NCBI GenBank assembly: GCA_919902765.1
Contig: CAKKRP010000028.1
Span: 6,743 to 70,742 of the forward strand
Length of the DNA: 64,000 nt
Source of the DNA: Gammaproteobacteria bacterium
Lineage (GTDB): Bacteria; Pseudomonadota; Gammaproteobacteria; S012-40
Direction: 5' to 3'
Of the stretch, positions 20,403 through 36,728 are shown piece by piece. Both the position numbers and the translations under genes were made by a program. The notes under the pieces are model-generated. The model did no database searches, was not told where the DNA came from, and worked only from the letters and a program-made list of their open reading frames with translations. Every line of letters begins with the position of its first letter. Position 1 is the stretch's first letter.

Positions 20403-21167
20403 GTGCAGCAGTTACGTATTTTGGTGAGCAATGACGACGGCTATCTTGCGCCAGGTATTATCATCTTAGCAAAAACTTTAGCATCGGCAGGTGACATAAC
20501 GGTCGTCGCGCCCGATAGAAATCGCAGCGGAGCAAGCAACTCGCTGACCCTAGAAAGGCCATTGCGCGCCTTTGGCGTAGGCCCACAGCGCTATCGTGTC
20601 GATGGCACGCCCACCGATTGCGTACACCTGGCGGTCACTGGTCTGCTGGATTTTGAGCCTGATATGGTCGTCTCCGGCATTAACAACGGCGCCAATTTAG
20701 GCGATGATGTTATTTATTCAGGAACGGTGGCAGCGGCCATAGAAGGGCGTTTTCTAGGGCTGCCCGCGATTGCGGTGTCGCTGGTCGGCCACGCGGGCGT
20801 TCACTACGAAACGGCCGCGCATGTGGCATTGCGTCTGGTAGAGACCTTGCGCAAAGAACCCTTGCCTGCCGATACCATACTCAACGTGAATGTCCCGGAT
20901 TTACCGCTGAGTGAATTGCGTGGCTACGCAGTCACGCGCTTAGGGCGGCGGCATCGCGCCGAACCGGTGATTAAATCCGAAGATCCGCGTGGCCAGCCTA
21001 TCTATTGGGTAGGGCCAGCGGGGCCAGAGCAAGATGCAGGACCGGGCACCGACTTCCATGCCGTGCGCAATGGGCAGGTGTCGGTGACGCCCATACAAAT
21101 TGATCTTACCCGGTATACGGCCATGGAGACAGTGGCGAACTGGCTCGTCCACCTGGATTTAGCATGA
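20403..21167 (+). CDS. surE: 5'/3'-nucleotidase SurE
   Basis: [11 protein letters not shown]-terminal motif. GTG start with GAGGAG SD 6 nt upstream. Confidence 0.9.
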   Translation: MQQLRILVSNDDGYLAPGIIILAKTLASAGDITVVAPDRNRSGASNSLTLERPLRAFGVGPQRYRVDGTPTDCVHLAVTGLLDFEPDMVVSGINNGANLGDDVIYSGTVAAAIEGRFLGLPAIAVSLVGHAGVHYETAAHVALRLVETLRKEPLPADTILNVNVPDLPLSELRGYAVTRLGRRHRAEPVIKSEDPRGQPIYWVGPAGPEQDAGPGTDFHAVRNGQVSVTPIQIDLTRYTAMETVANWLVHLDLA

Positions 21168-21823
21168 GTATACGCCTGCAAGGCATAGGAATGACATCCT
21201 CACGCACGCGTGAGCGCATGTTGCTACGCTTGCAGAAACAAGGCATCATCGATGAGCGGGTACTCGACGCCATGCGCCATATCCCGCGCCATATTTTTGT
21301 AGACGAGGCCCTGGCGAGCCGCGCCTATGAAGACAGCGCGTTGCCGATAGGGTATGCGCAGACGATTTCGCGCCCCTTTACGGTGGCGAAAATGACCGAG
21401 ATATTGCTGAGTTCCCAGCCGCACAGTGTGCTGGAAATCGGCACCGGTTCAGGTTATCAAACGGCCATCTTGGCCACTACTATCGATCACGTCTACACCG
21501 TGGAGCGTATATTTTCGCTGCAACAACGGGCGCGCGAACGGGTGGCGGAATTAGGTTTGCGCAACGTGCGTTTTAAACACGATGACGGGCAAACCGGGTG
21601 GGTGCAGCATGCCCCCTACGACGCGATTTTGGTCGCCGCAGCGTCACCGGAAATCCCAGCGGCCCTATTGCAACAATTGGCGATTAACGGGCGCTTGATT
21701 ATGCCTACCGGTGAGGGTACCCACCAAGTATTGAGTTTAGTGGTGCGTACGAGCGATGGTTTTGAACAACAAAATTTGAGTACCGCCAGTTTCGTACCGT
21801 TAGTGCATGGCGTTAAACGCTGA
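21164..21823 (+). CDS. pcm: Protein-L-isoaspartate O-methyltransferase
   Basis: SAM-binding motif [13 protein letters not shown]. Overlaps the surE stop, in the classic surE-pcm arrangement. Confidence 0.9.
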   Translation: MSIRLQGIGMTSSRTRERMLLRLQKQGIIDERVLDAMRHIPRHIFVDEALASRAYEDSALPIGYAQTISRPFTVAKMTEILLSSQPHSVLEIGTGSGYQTAILATTIDHVYTVERIFSLQQRARERVAELGLRNVRFKHDDGQTGWVQHAPYDAILVAAASPEIPAALLQQLAINGRLIMPTGEGTHQVLSLVVRTSDGFEQQNLSTASFVPLVHGVKR

Positions 21824-21873
21824 TTTTTCGTTTCAACATTACATTCGGTAAATATCAACGCGAGGAAGGCGGC

Positions 21874-22617
21874 GTGGATAAAATAATCTGCGCGTGTATC
21901 GCGTTATGGTTAGCGGGTTGTGGCAGCCATGTCTACCACGTGGTGCGCCCAGGTGACACCTTGTATGCCATTGGTTGGCGTCACAATCAAGATTATCGCG
22001 ATATTGCTGCTTGGAACGACATCCCTCCCCCCTATATTCTAAAACGCGGCCAGCGCTTACGCGTCGCGCCGCGCGTGGCGGTCGTATCCACCAACACCCC
22101 ACCGACGAATTCGCTTTCTGCACCGCGCACGCCTCTAAAAACTGTTCCCCAAACTGCCCCCTTTGCCGCGCCAAAAAATGAGGAAAACGCACCGTCTCCT
22201 TTTAGCGACAGCGAGAATGGCATTGTATGGCGATGGCCTGCACAAGGCAGCCTCGTAAGGGTATTTTCAGGTGTATACCCCACAAATAAGGGAATTGATA
22301 TCGACGGCATTTTAGGACAGCCGGTGTATGCGGCGGCGAGCGGTCGAATAGTTTACAGTGGTAGTGGACTTATTGGATACGGCAAGCTTATTATTGTCAA
22401 ACATAACGATATATTTCTAAGCGCCTATGCCCATAATAATGAAGTGTTGGTAAACGAGGGGGACGCAGTGAGCGCTGGACAGCAGATTGCACGCATGGGT
22501 AGGACGGGGACTGAGAGGGCGATGTTGCATTTTGAAATACGCCGAAATGGTAAACCTATCAATCCTATTGAGTATTTGCCAAGGCGTCATCTGCAGCAAT
22601 TGGAGGACAGCGGGTGA
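21874..22617 (+). CDS. nlpD: Lipoprotein NlpD (LysM + M23 peptidase domains)
   Basis: Lipoprotein signal (ALWLAGCGS), a LysM segment ([15 protein letters not shown]…), and a C-terminal M23 domain (…GIDIDG…[14 protein letters not shown]…[13 protein letters not shown]). Sits immediately upstream of rpoS. Confidence 0.85.
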   Translation: MDKIICACIALWLAGCGSHVYHVVRPGDTLYAIGWRHNQDYRDIAAWNDIPPPYILKRGQRLRVAPRVAVVSTNTPPTNSLSAPRTPLKTVPQTAPFAAPKNEENAPSPFSDSENGIVWRWPAQGSLVRVFSGVYPTNKGIDIDGILGQPVYAAASGRIVYSGSGLIGYGKLIIVKHNDIFLSAYAHNNEVLVNEGDAVSAGQQIARMGRTGTERAMLHFEIRRNGKPINPIEYLPRRHLQQLEDSG

Positions 22618-23588
22618 AAGATAACCAAGTTGAATCAGAACCTGGAGAGGATTTACTAGAACTCGAAGAACCAGGAGAAGTTGAGCAAGCATTGGCAGTG
22701 GATGCAGAGGAAGAAGTCGTTGAAATCGCCGCCGTTGCAGGCGATTCGCTGGACGAACAACTCGATGCGACGCGCCTTTATTTGAGTGAGATCGGATTTT
22801 CGCCCTTATTAAGCGCCATCGAAGAAGTATACTTTGCGCGCTTGGCGCAACGTGGCGATGCCGAAGCGCGGCGACGCATGATCGAGAGTAATCTGCGTCT
22901 GGTGGTGAAAATCGCGCGCCGCTATTTGAATCGTGGTTTGGCTTTGCTCGATTTGATTGAAGAAGGCAATCTCGGGTTAATCCATGCCGTCGAAAAATTC
23001 GATCCCGAACGTGGGTTTCGCTTTTCGACCTATGCCACCTGGTGGATACGCCAGACAATAGAACGCGCTTTGATGAATCAAACGCGCACCATACGATTGC
23101 CCGTGCATGTGGTGAAAGAAATCAATGTGTATCTACGCGCCGCGCGCAAATATGCGCAAACTCAAGACCACGAACCCAGCCCCGAAGAAGTCGCAAAATT
23201 TTTAGATAAACCTATTGAAGAGGTTAAGCGCATGCTCGGCTTAAACGAGCGTGTAACCTCGGCGGACGAAACCTTAAACGGTAGCGATAAGACCGTGCTC
23301 GACGGTATACCCGATGAGCAAAACATCGATCCCGCATTGATTCTGCATGATGACGATGTACGCCGCCATATCGAGCACTGGTTACAGCTCTTGAATGAAA
23401 AACAACGCCAAGTAGTGGAGCGTCGCTTCGGGCTCAATGGGTATCGCATCGCGACATTGGAAGAAGTCGGTACCGAGATCGGCGTCACACGTGAACGCGT
23501 ACGTCAAATACAGGTCGAGGCCTTGGGGAGATTACGTGAGATTTTAGAAAAAACGGGGTTTTCGGCCGACACCCTTTTTAGCGGGTGA
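22614..23588 (+). CDS. rpoS: RNA polymerase sigma factor RpoS
   Basis: Sigma-70 region 2 ([37 protein letters not shown]), 3 and 4 are present, and the acidic N-terminus resembles E. coli RpoS. GTG start overlapping the nlpD stop. Confidence 0.95.
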   Translation: MKDNQVESEPGEDLLELEEPGEVEQALAVDAEEEVVEIAAVAGDSLDEQLDATRLYLSEIGFSPLLSAIEEVYFARLAQRGDAEARRRMIESNLRLVVKIARRYLNRGLALLDLIEEGNLGLIHAVEKFDPERGFRFSTYATWWIRQTIERALMNQTRTIRLPVHVVKEINVYLRAARKYAQTQDHEPSPEEVAKFLDKPIEEVKRMLGLNERVTSADETLNGSDKTVLDGIPDEQNIDPALILHDDDVRRHIEHWLQLLNEKQRQVVERRFGLNGYRIATLEEVGTEIGVTRERVRQIQVEALGRLREILEKTGFSADTLFSG

Positions 23589-23999
23589 TTACAGTAGTAG
23601 CGCCGCCAAGACATTGCGGCCGTCCACCATTAAAAAATTATAGGTACGGCACGCCGCAGCAGTGTTCATGACCTCTACGCCGATGCCACGCGTCATCAGC
23701 GGTGCCAGGATAGCGGATATAGGAAATCGCAGGCGTGAGCCGGTGCCTAAGATCACGAGCTCCGGCGCCATAGGTAATAAGGCGGCGAAATGCTCGGCGG
23801 TAAAATCATCAAAACATTGCGGCGGCCAATTTTCATATAAACTGTCCGGCGTCAAGATACAGCTTTTTTGAACTGTCGTTTTGCGCTCTTCTAAGCTACT
23901 CGGGATTGGTGTTTGGCGCGGTTGCGCCAAGGTTAAACAACCCGGTGCGTACGAGATAATGGAATAGTGTTTGTGATCGGCTTCGAGAGAAATTTGCAT
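23589..23999 (-). CDS. Mth938-like (DUF498) domain protein
   Basis: 136 aa with the ELVILGTGSRLRFP…GIGVEVMNTAAACRTYNFLMVDGRNVLAALLL pattern typical of Mth938/Xcc1710-like proteins. Confidence 0.55.
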   Translation of the reverse strand: MQISLEADHKHYSIISYAPGCLTLAQPRQTPIPSSLEERKTTVQKSCILTPDSLYENWPPQCFDDFTAEHFAALLPMAPELVILGTGSRLRFPISAILAPLMTRGIGVEVMNTAAACRTYNFLMVDGRNVLAALLL

Positions 24000-24037
24000 C
24001 GTGATATTCTAACTCAAATAAACGGCAATTTCAGCGT

Positions 24038-24514
24038 CTAAAACCCGAGTTTAAGCTGTGCAAATAACACTAAATAATCATTCCAACCCTCGGCCGGGGG
24101 CAGCGCAAAAAGGTTTATACCTAAATATTTATATTGATATTCTACATACACCGACGGCATGACCAAATTCAGCGGCCCTTGATCGCGGCCATATCGCGCG
24201 CCCATCAGGCCCGCATAGAGTGTTATGCCGACTAAAGACCCTAAGTCCTTGGAGGCTGCGAGGTAGCGAAAGTCATGATCCAGGCTATTGGTAAACTGCC
24301 CGCCGGATAGCGTCATCCACGCACCTTGACACTCCAAGCCCACACCAGGGTGTGTTTGACGACGATATTTGGTATAAGGTTTGGGGGGATAGACTTCTAC
24401 ATGCTTGGATACACCCCCAAGGTGTAGCCAATACTGCTCACACACGGCGGCGGATACAGAAAACGGTAATAGTAGGGTGGCGATGACTATCCATCGTAAG
24501 TTTTTTTTCACCAC
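24038..24514 (-). CDS. Small outer-membrane beta-barrel protein, possibly PagL-like acyloxyacyl hydrolase
   Basis: 158 aa with a signal peptide and alternating amphipathic strands, ending in an aromatic residue (…LKLGF). The PagL assignment is tentative. Confidence 0.35.
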   Translation of the reverse strand: MVKKNLRWIVIATLLLPFSVSAAVCEQYWLHLGGVSKHVEVYPPKPYTKYRRQTHPGVGLECQGAWMTLSGGQFTNSLDHDFRYLAASKDLGSLVGITLYAGLMGARYGRDQGPLNLVMPSVYVEYQYKYLGINLFALPPAEGWNDYLVLFAQLKLGF

Positions 24515-24770
24515 TTAATGCACCCGCATTGTTTTTATCAAGGCCCATATAATGTATGGATTGCATTAAATCGTAATTAAAGTGGTATTTTAACTAAAAC
24601 CGTTACCTGGCTTAGTTCGATCTGGATTTTCCTGCATTCGATTGACAAATGCGGGAGACAGCGGTACTTTCCCTCGGTTTATCTAAGCCCTAGGGGGACG
24701 CTATCGCACCTGGGGGCAGGCCCGATGGGTGGGCGACAACAGGCAGTGTTTTTCATGTGAGGAGTACGGT

Positions 24771-26081
24771 GTGGAACCGGTCAATGTAGGTTTGTTGGGT
24801 CTGGGCACGGTTGGCGGGGGCACGGTCACCGTCCTTAAACGCAATGCCTCGGAGATCGCCAGGCGCGCAGGCAGGGGTATCGTGATTACGCACGCAGCGG
24901 CGCGCGATATACACAGCAAACGTAAAATCAATTTGGATGGGATCAAACTAACTGCGGACGGCTTCGCGGTCGTCAATGATCCGCAGGTACAAGTCGTGGT
25001 GGAGTTGATCGGAGGCGATACCATTGCACGCGAATTGGTGTTGCAGGCCATTCAAAATGGCAAACATGTGGTGACCGCCAATAAGGCCCTGATCGCCAAA
25101 CATGGCAATGAATTATTTGCGCTGGCCCAGCAACGTGGGGTTATGATCGCGTTTGAGGCTGCGGTCGCGGGTGGAATTCCCATTATCAAAACCTTACGCG
25201 AGGGTTTGGCGGGCAATCGCATCGAATGGCTGGCCGGCATCATCAATGGTACCGGCAATTTCATATTGAGTGAAATGCGCAGTAAAGGCCGCGATTTTCA
25301 CGACGTGTTAAAAGAGGCGCAACACCTAGGTTATGCCGAGGCCGACCCGACCTTCGATGTTGAAGGCATAGACGCCGCACATAAACTGACCATTTTGGCG
25401 GCCATTGCGTTTGGTATCCCATTGCAGTTTTCTAAGGTGTATACGGAAGGCATTACGCGCATTTCCGCCGACGATATCCGCTATGCCGAAGAATTGGGTT
25501 ACCGCATCAAACACCTGGGCATTGCCAAACACCACGATAAAGGCATAGAGCTGCGCGTGCATCCGACGCTGATCCCGGAGAGCCGTTTGATCGCCAATGT
25601 CGATGGCGTAATGAACGCAGTCGTAGTGAAAGGCGACGCCGTTGGACCAACCTTGTTTTACGGCGCAGGCGCGGGCGCGGAACCTACGGCCTCTGCGGTG
25701 GTGGCGGATTTAGTGGACGTGGTGCGTGCCTTGACGACAGATCCGGAAAATCGCGTGCCGCACCTGGCGTTCCAAGCGGATGCCTTGGTAAACGCACCCA
25801 TATTGCCTATGCGCCATGTGGAGACGACCTATTATTTGCGATTGAAGGCGCAAGATCGCATCGGCGTTTTGGCCGATGTCACGCGTATTTTGAGCGAGCA
25901 AGGGATCAATATCGAGGCCATACTGCAAAAAGAACCCGCCGTGCCGGGCAGCGATGTACACATTATTTTATTGACGCATCGCGTGTTGGAAAAACACATG
26001 GATGAGGCCATTGCCCGTATCGAGGCGCTAGAAAGTATAACCGACGACGTAATGCGCTTGCGCGTGGAAACGTTAAGTTAA
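24771..26081 (+). CDS. hom: Homoserine dehydrogenase
   Basis: N-terminal NAD fold VGLLGLGTVGGG, a conserved catalytic region, and a C-terminal ACT domain. GTG start at 24771 with GAGGAG SD. The track ORF begins at 24729. Confidence 0.9.
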   Translation: MEPVNVGLLGLGTVGGGTVTVLKRNASEIARRAGRGIVITHAAARDIHSKRKINLDGIKLTADGFAVVNDPQVQVVVELIGGDTIARELVLQAIQNGKHVVTANKALIAKHGNELFALAQQRGVMIAFEAAVAGGIPIIKTLREGLAGNRIEWLAGIINGTGNFILSEMRSKGRDFHDVLKEAQHLGYAEADPTFDVEGIDAAHKLTILAAIAFGIPLQFSKVYTEGITRISADDIRYAEELGYRIKHLGIAKHHDKGIELRVHPTLIPESRLIANVDGVMNAVVVKGDAVGPTLFYGAGAGAEPTASAVVADLVDVVRALTTDPENRVPHLAFQADALVNAPILPMRHVETTYYLRLKAQDRIGVLADVTRILSEQGINIEAILQKEPAVPGSDVHIILLTHRVLEKHMDEAIARIEALESITDDVMRLRVETLS

Positions 26082-26129
26082 CTAAAGGGAACCTCTAAAC
26101 ATTCGACAGCAATTTTTGAGGAAGAATAT

Positions 26130-27209
26130 ATGCCATTTGGACGCCGTTATACCGGATTGATAGATAGATACCGTGATCGTTTACCGATCAAAGACGATGC
26201 CCGCATTATCAGTTTGTGCGAGGGCAATACGCCGCTGATCCGCTTAAATAACATTCCGCGTCTGATCGGAAATGCCGTGGATATTTACGTTAAATACGAG
26301 GGTTTGAATCCCACCGGGTCGTTTAAAGATCGCGGCATGACCATGGCGGTGACCAAGGCGGTAGAAGACAATAGTAAGGCGATTATTTGCGCCTCTACCG
26401 GCAACACGTCAGCATCCGCAGCCGCCTACGCAGCGCGCGCCGGAATCACGGCCTTTGTGTTAATCCCGGACGGCAAAATCGCCATGGGTAAATTGGCGCA
26501 AGCGGTATTGCATGGCGCGCGCGTGTTGCAAATCAAAGGCAATTTCGATGACGGGATGCAAATTGTCAAAGAGATCGGTAAGGCAATCCCTATTACGATA
26601 GTCAATTCCATCAACCCTTTTCGTTTGCAAGGACAAAAAACGGCGGCATTTGAAATTATCGAGGCCCTGGAACGCGCCCCTGACTTTCATTGCTTGCCGG
26701 TCGGCAACGCAGGCAACATTTCGGCGCATTGGATGGGGTATACCGAATATTTTGAACATGGCATGGTCAATGACCGGCCCCGGATGGTGGGCTATCAAGC
26801 GGCGGGCGCAGCACCGTTTTTGCGTGGCAAGATGGTCGATCAGCCGGAAACCATAGCGACTGCAATACGCATTGGCCACCCCCAATCTTGGGATTTGGCC
26901 TGGGACACCCAGCGCATGTCCAACGGTTGGTTCGACGAGTGTAGCGACGCGGAAATCTTGACCACCCAAAAATTGTTGTCTGAGAAAGAAGGAATATTCT
27001 GTGAACCCGCCTCCGCGACTTCGTTGGCGGGCGCGTTACGCGATATAAAATCGGGTAAAATCCCCGCAGGCAGCAAGGTGGTATGTACCTTGACGGGGCA
27101 TGGGCTCAAAGACCCGGACACTGCAATCAAACAGGGTGGTGGCGCGATCCAATCCGTTGAGGCGACTTTAGCGGCGGTCAAGGATGCAATCGCTAAGAAC
27201 GTTTATTAA
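26130..27209 (+). CDS. thrC: Threonine synthase
   Basis: PLP-lysine motif NPTGSFKDRGMT. Short-form ThrC located immediately after hom. Confidence 0.9.
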   Translation: MPFGRRYTGLIDRYRDRLPIKDDARIISLCEGNTPLIRLNNIPRLIGNAVDIYVKYEGLNPTGSFKDRGMTMAVTKAVEDNSKAIICASTGNTSASAAAYAARAGITAFVLIPDGKIAMGKLAQAVLHGARVLQIKGNFDDGMQIVKEIGKAIPITIVNSINPFRLQGQKTAAFEIIEALERAPDFHCLPVGNAGNISAHWMGYTEYFEHGMVNDRPRMVGYQAAGAAPFLRGKMVDQPETIATAIRIGHPQSWDLAWDTQRMSNGWFDECSDAEILTTQKLLSEKEGIFCEPASATSLAGALRDIKSGKIPAGSKVVCTLTGHGLKDPDTAIKQGGGAIQSVEATLAAVKDAIAKNVY

Positions 27210-27267
27210 AATATGCACTCCAATAAAACAAGTGATGAGATGTATGACATACAGCAAGGGGTAGACT

Positions 27268-27567
27268 ATGTCTAAAGAAGTAGGTCAGTTGGTGATAGAA
27301 AGCGTTAAAGAAGACGGCCGCGCGTTTCGGCCGAGTGATTGGATTGAACGCATTTCGTCGGTATTGGGTAGTTTTGGAACGGATCATCGTTTGCACTATG
27401 CGAAAAGTGTACAGCCGCGCTCGATTAACGGCCAAAAATGCCTGGTTGTGGATGATGCGTTGAAGGAAGAGAATCCCGCCGCCTACGAATATATTTTAAA
27501 TTTTGCAGCATCAAACGGTCTGCGCGTACACCATGAGCGGCTCGCGCAAGACGAAAAATCCGCATAA
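27268..27567 (+). CDS. DUF3579-like small protein
   Basis: 99 aa (MSKEVGQLVIESVKEDGRAFRPSDWIERISSVLGSFGTDHRLHYAKSVQPRSINGQKCLVVDD…), a conserved hypothetical. Preceded by a GGGG SD. Confidence 0.45.
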   Translation: MSKEVGQLVIESVKEDGRAFRPSDWIERISSVLGSFGTDHRLHYAKSVQPRSINGQKCLVVDDALKEENPAAYEYILNFAASNGLRVHHERLAQDEKSA

Positions 27568-27619
27568 TCTGGCAGCGCGTCCGATGGAAGATTAACTCCA
27601 CCGGACGCAACACCTTTAA

Positions 27620-28453
27620 TCAACTGCTGACGTGCCGTTCGCGCATCTCCGAAAGCGTCTTACATTCTATACACAGCGTTGCCGTTGGGCGTGCCTCTAA
27701 GCGGCGGATACCGATTTCGTCGCCACACTGTTCACAAAAGCCATATTCATGTGCGTCTAACGCCGCAAACGCCTCATCGATCTTTTTAATGAGTTTGCGT
27801 TCGCGATCGCGCGCGCGCAGCTCCATCGTGAACTCGGACTCTTGTGTTGCGCGATCATTGGGATCAGGGAAATTGGCGGCCTCGTCTTGCATGTGATGAA
27901 CGGTACGATCCACTTCCTCCATTAACACGCGCTTCCATTCGCGCAGAATGTTGCGGAAATGCGCCTCTAGGCCTGAGCTCATGTAGTCCTCGCCCTTCTT
28001 TTCCACATAAGGCGCGATTCCTAAAAAACCTAGCGTGCCACTTGCCCCGGAATTGGCGTTAGGGGCAGGGTTAGAGGAACTTGGCCGTGGCGACGCAGCG
28101 GGCTTGGCCGGCATAGGCTTGGGGGTGCTGCCGACTTTGGCCGTAACAGGCGTAGGCGCAGGTGCTTTAGGCGCGGGTTTTTCGGCCGCTGGTGCAGCGC
28201 TGGGTTTGCTGACAACCTTGGTACGCGCAGGCGTTTTGGTCGCAGTTTTGGCGGCAACGGACGCTTTGCTCGCGTTGGACTTAGTAGGCGTAGATTTCAC
28301 TATAGTTTCCTTAGCGGTCGCTTTGGTCGGTTTGGTCGGTTTAGCTTTGGGCGGCGGTGACTTTTTGGCCGCAGGTTTGGAAGGCGACGACTTGCCACCA
28401 GCCTTAGCGGGTCCTTTGGCTGGTTTGCTGGATTTGGGTTTTTTAACTACCAT
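27620..28453 (-). CDS. dksA: DksA/TraR-family RNA-polymerase-binding transcription factor with long Lys/Ala/Pro-rich histone-H1-like N-terminal extension
   Basis: The C-terminal approximately 130 aa is a canonical DksA coiled-coil with a C4 zinc finger (CEQCGDEIGIRRLEARPTATLCIECK). The N-terminal approximately 140 aa is KKPKSSKPAKGPAKAGGKSSPSKPAAKKSPPPKAKPTKPTKATAK…, resembling H1/AlgP-type KAP repeats. Confidence 0.8.
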   Translation of the reverse strand: MVVKKPKSSKPAKGPAKAGGKSSPSKPAAKKSPPPKAKPTKPTKATAKETIVKSTPTKSNASKASVAAKTATKTPARTKVVSKPSAAPAAEKPAPKAPAPTPVTAKVGSTPKPMPAKPAASPRPSSSNPAPNANSGASGTLGFLGIAPYVEKKGEDYMSSGLEAHFRNILREWKRVLMEEVDRTVHHMQDEAANFPDPNDRATQESEFTMELRARDRERKLIKKIDEAFAALDAHEYGFCEQCGDEIGIRRLEARPTATLCIECKTLSEMRERHVSS

Positions 28454-28594
28454 CCGCGTGCTGCTCCATCACGAGGTTAAAGTGAAGCTCACCTTTCTAC
28501 CAAAATCTAACCTCCATGACAAGTGATGCGTTGCATAAAAATGAGTCTTGGTGATTGAACTCGCTCGGAACGGTATACTATGGGCAAATAATGC

Positions 28595-29365
28595 GTGGGA
28601 TTTGATATGACCTTAACAACCTTGATTTTTGACGTAGATGGCACGTTGGCCGACACCGAACGCGATGGTCACCGGGTGGCCTTTAATCGCGCGTTTAGCG
28701 AGACGGGCTTGGACTGGCAATGGGATGTGTCACTCTACGGGGGGTTGCTGGCGGTCACTGGTGGCAAGGAACGTATCCTTCACTATATCGAACGGTTTCG
28801 TCCTGAATTTGTGCGCCCACGGGACATGGCGGGTTTTCTAAAATCCTTACACCTGGCCAAGACGCGTTACTATGTTGCGATGTTGGAGGCCGGGGAGATA
28901 CCGCTACGCACCGGGGTGCAACGCCTGCTCACCGAGGCCCGCAACGCCGGGCTGCGCCTCGCCATCGCCACCACCACCACCCCGGACAACGTGACCGCAC
29001 TGCTGCGTCACGCGCTGGCCCCCGGCGGTGAGACATGGTTTGAGGTCATAGGGGCAGGGGACATTGTGGCGGCCAAGAAACCCGCACCCGACATTTATCA
29101 CTGGGTGTTGCACCAGTTGCGCCTCGATCCCCACCAGGCCTTGGCATTAGAGGATTCTGAAAACGGGTTGCGTGCGGCGCGCGCGGCGGGCTTGCGTACG
29201 CTTATTACCCTCAACCATTACACCTTGCACCAAGACTTCTCCGGGGCGCTGGCGGTGTTTGATCACCTTGGCGATCCTGGTCTGACGTGTCGTTGCGTGC
29301 AAGGCCAAGTGACCGCCCCGGCAATGGTAGATGTCGCCTGGCTGCGCTCAGTTGCCGAGGGATGA
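28595..29365 (+). CDS. HAD-superfamily hydrolase, CbbY-like sugar-phosphate phosphatase
   Basis: HAD motif I LIFDVDGTLADTE. Overall similarity to CbbY/phosphoglycolate-phosphatase-like proteins. Start may be Met 28607. Confidence 0.7.
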   Translation: MGFDMTLTTLIFDVDGTLADTERDGHRVAFNRAFSETGLDWQWDVSLYGGLLAVTGGKERILHYIERFRPEFVRPRDMAGFLKSLHLAKTRYYVAMLEAGEIPLRTGVQRLLTEARNAGLRLAIATTTTPDNVTALLRHALAPGGETWFEVIGAGDIVAAKKPAPDIYHWVLHQLRLDPHQALALEDSENGLRAARAAGLRTLITLNHYTLHQDFSGALAVFDHLGDPGLTCRCVQGQVTAPAMVDVAWLRSVAEG

Positions 29366-30643
29366 AGAATTAGCACGATAGCGCGCGATCCCACGTTTAG
29401 CCAGCAGGGCGCTGCCATACGCTGCGTCTAGGTGCATCGCCTGAGGCATAGGGACTTGCAATAGCCGACTGCGGATACGCGACCAAGCGGTATTGCGCGC
29501 GCCGCCCCCGAGCGTGCGTAACGTGCGCACAGGCGTCGCCCCTAACTGGGCCAAGCGTGCATATCCCTGCGCTTCGATACGCGCGATGGATTCCAACAAC
29601 CCTTGAAAAAACTCAGTGTCCTGCGCCGGTCTGGGGGTCAGCCGTGGGGCCAGCGTCGGGTCGGCGATGGGGAATCGTTCACCCGGCTTGGTCAATGGGT
29701 AATAGTCTAACCCAGTGGGTTCATCGGGCTTCAAATGGGCGCTGAGTGCCTCCATTTCAGCAACGGAAAAAAATGGTAGCAGCGCAGCGCCACCCGTATT
29801 TGATGCCCCACCTACTAGCCAAAGATCTCCAAGGCGATGGCTATACACGCCAAATTCGGCAGCGTATACGGGCGACGCCGAAATGAGTTTGATGGTCAGC
29901 GTAGACCCTAGTGAGGTAACGGCGTCACCGATTTCCTGCGCGCCGCTCGCGATAAAAGCGGCCACACTATCCGTCGTGCCGGCCATCACCAGCGTGTCAG
30001 GATTCAGGCGTAAAACACGCGCTTGCGGACTTTCGCAGATACCCAAATATGTTCCAGGTGGAACAATGCACAACAACTCGTTGATGTCAACAAGATTTTC
30101 CAGCCAACGTGGCCAAGCGCGTGAAACGGGATCATAGCCCGTTTTGAGTGCATTATTCTCGTCACTGGTCATAAACTTGGCACCTAGCCGCGCCGCCAGC
30201 CAGTCGGCTTGGTGTATGATGCGGCTTTTTGGGTAGTGCTTTTTAAGCCACAGCCATTTGGCCAAGCCGCTGGTGCGTCCACGCGCAGGGCTTTCCATCG
30301 GCGCGTATAAAGCGATTTGATCGGCTTCCAATACGCAACCGCTGTCGTCATACATGAGCGCGGGGCCCATGGGCTCGCCTTGTGCATCCACGGCTAACAG
30401 GCTACCGGAGGTGCCGTCTATGCTCAGTGCGGCCACCTGTTTCAGATCGGCCTGCGCCGCCAGTTGACTAAGGGCCAGCGTCAGCGCCGCCCACCACGCA
30501 GACGGATCTTGGGTGACATGTAGACCCTGGACGATGGAAGCAGGCAGGCTAGCGGCGGATTGCGCGACTACAGATTCGGCCTCGTCTATGATGATGGCGC
30601 GACAACCGCTAGTCCCCAGGTCGATACCGAGATACCGTTCCAA
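29348..30643 (-). CDS. FGGY-family carbohydrate kinase
   Basis: N-terminal MERYLGIDLGTSGCRAIIID actin-like ATPase motif and FGGY C-terminal domain. Convergently overlaps the HAD gene by 18 nt. Confidence 0.8.
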   Translation of the reverse strand: MERYLGIDLGTSGCRAIIIDEAESVVAQSAASLPASIVQGLHVTQDPSAWWAALTLALSQLAAQADLKQVAALSIDGTSGSLLAVDAQGEPMGPALMYDDSGCVLEADQIALYAPMESPARGRTSGLAKWLWLKKHYPKSRIIHQADWLAARLGAKFMTSDENNALKTGYDPVSRAWPRWLENLVDINELLCIVPPGTYLGICESPQARVLRLNPDTLVMAGTTDSVAAFIASGAQEIGDAVTSLGSTLTIKLISASPVYAAEFGVYSHRLGDLWLVGGASNTGGAALLPFFSVAEMEALSAHLKPDEPTGLDYYPLTKPGERFPIADPTLAPRLTPRPAQDTEFFQGLLESIARIEAQGYARLAQLGATPVRTLRTLGGGARNTAWSRIRSRLLQVPMPQAMHLDAAYGSALLAKRGIARYRANSSSLGN

Positions 30644-31033
30644 TCAGGGTAGCTGCACTAAACTAGGGGCCGTCCACGTGGAGTGTCGATAGTCGGCGGC
30701 AACGGTGGTATAGATGCCCCCGCGAACATTGAACTCGGCGGTCAGCCGCATAAAGCGGGGTTGGGTGGCAGCGACCAGATCGTCCAAGATGCGGTTAGTC
30801 ACCGCTTCGTGAAAGGCACCTTCGTCGCGGAACGACCAGACATACATTTTGAGCGATTTAAGCTCAACACAGGTTTGATCGGGTATATATTCGAGATGGA
30901 GTGTGGCAAAGTCCGGCTGGCCGGTCTTGGGACACAAACAGGTAAATTCAGGGATGCGGATACGTATGGTGTAATCCCTACCGGGCCCAGGGTTCGGAAA
31001 GGTCTCTAAATCTTTAGTCGGTTGGGTAGGCAT
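30644..31033 (-). CDS. queF: NADPH-dependent 7-cyano-7-deazaguanine reductase QueF (type I)
   Basis: [17 protein letters not shown] catalytic Cys motif and the QueF motif region are present. 129 aa. Confidence 0.9.
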   Translation of the reverse strand: MPTQPTKDLETFPNPGPGRDYTIRIRIPEFTCLCPKTGQPDFATLHLEYIPDQTCVELKSLKMYVWSFRDEGAFHEAVTNRILDDLVAATQPRFMRLTAEFNVRGGIYTTVAADYRHSTWTAPSLVQLP

Positions 31034-31128
31034 GAGTCGCTCTCTATGGTAGTTTACGTGTCCAATTTTAACTCAATCGCCCTGGGGCTAACAGCTCAAA
31101 CAGGGGGGAAGTCTATGGAGTTGCCGTT

Positions 31129-36674
<5,546 letters not shown>

Positions 36675-36728
36675 ATTGTGCGTATGTCCCCCGGTTCTGC
36701 ACGCGGCAAACCGGAGGACGATAGGCGA

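Noticed and set aside
22417-23058. 213-aa minus-strand ORF spanning the nlpD end and rpoS start
   Set aside because: Antisense to two strongly supported genes, with an Arg/His-rich composition.
26460-26969. 169-aa minus-strand ORF within thrC
   Set aside because: Overlaps a confidently identified ThrC frame and has no homology features.
27568-27619. GCGTCCG…CGGACGC inverted repeat between the convergent DUF3579 and dksA genes
   Set aside because: The 18-nt loop and absence of a flanking T-tract make a bidirectional intrinsic terminator unconvincing.
28035-28526. 163-aa plus-strand ORF rich in Gly/Ala/Leu
   Set aside because: Antisense of the lysine/alanine/proline-rich DksA N-tail. Mirror-image low complexity with no domain.
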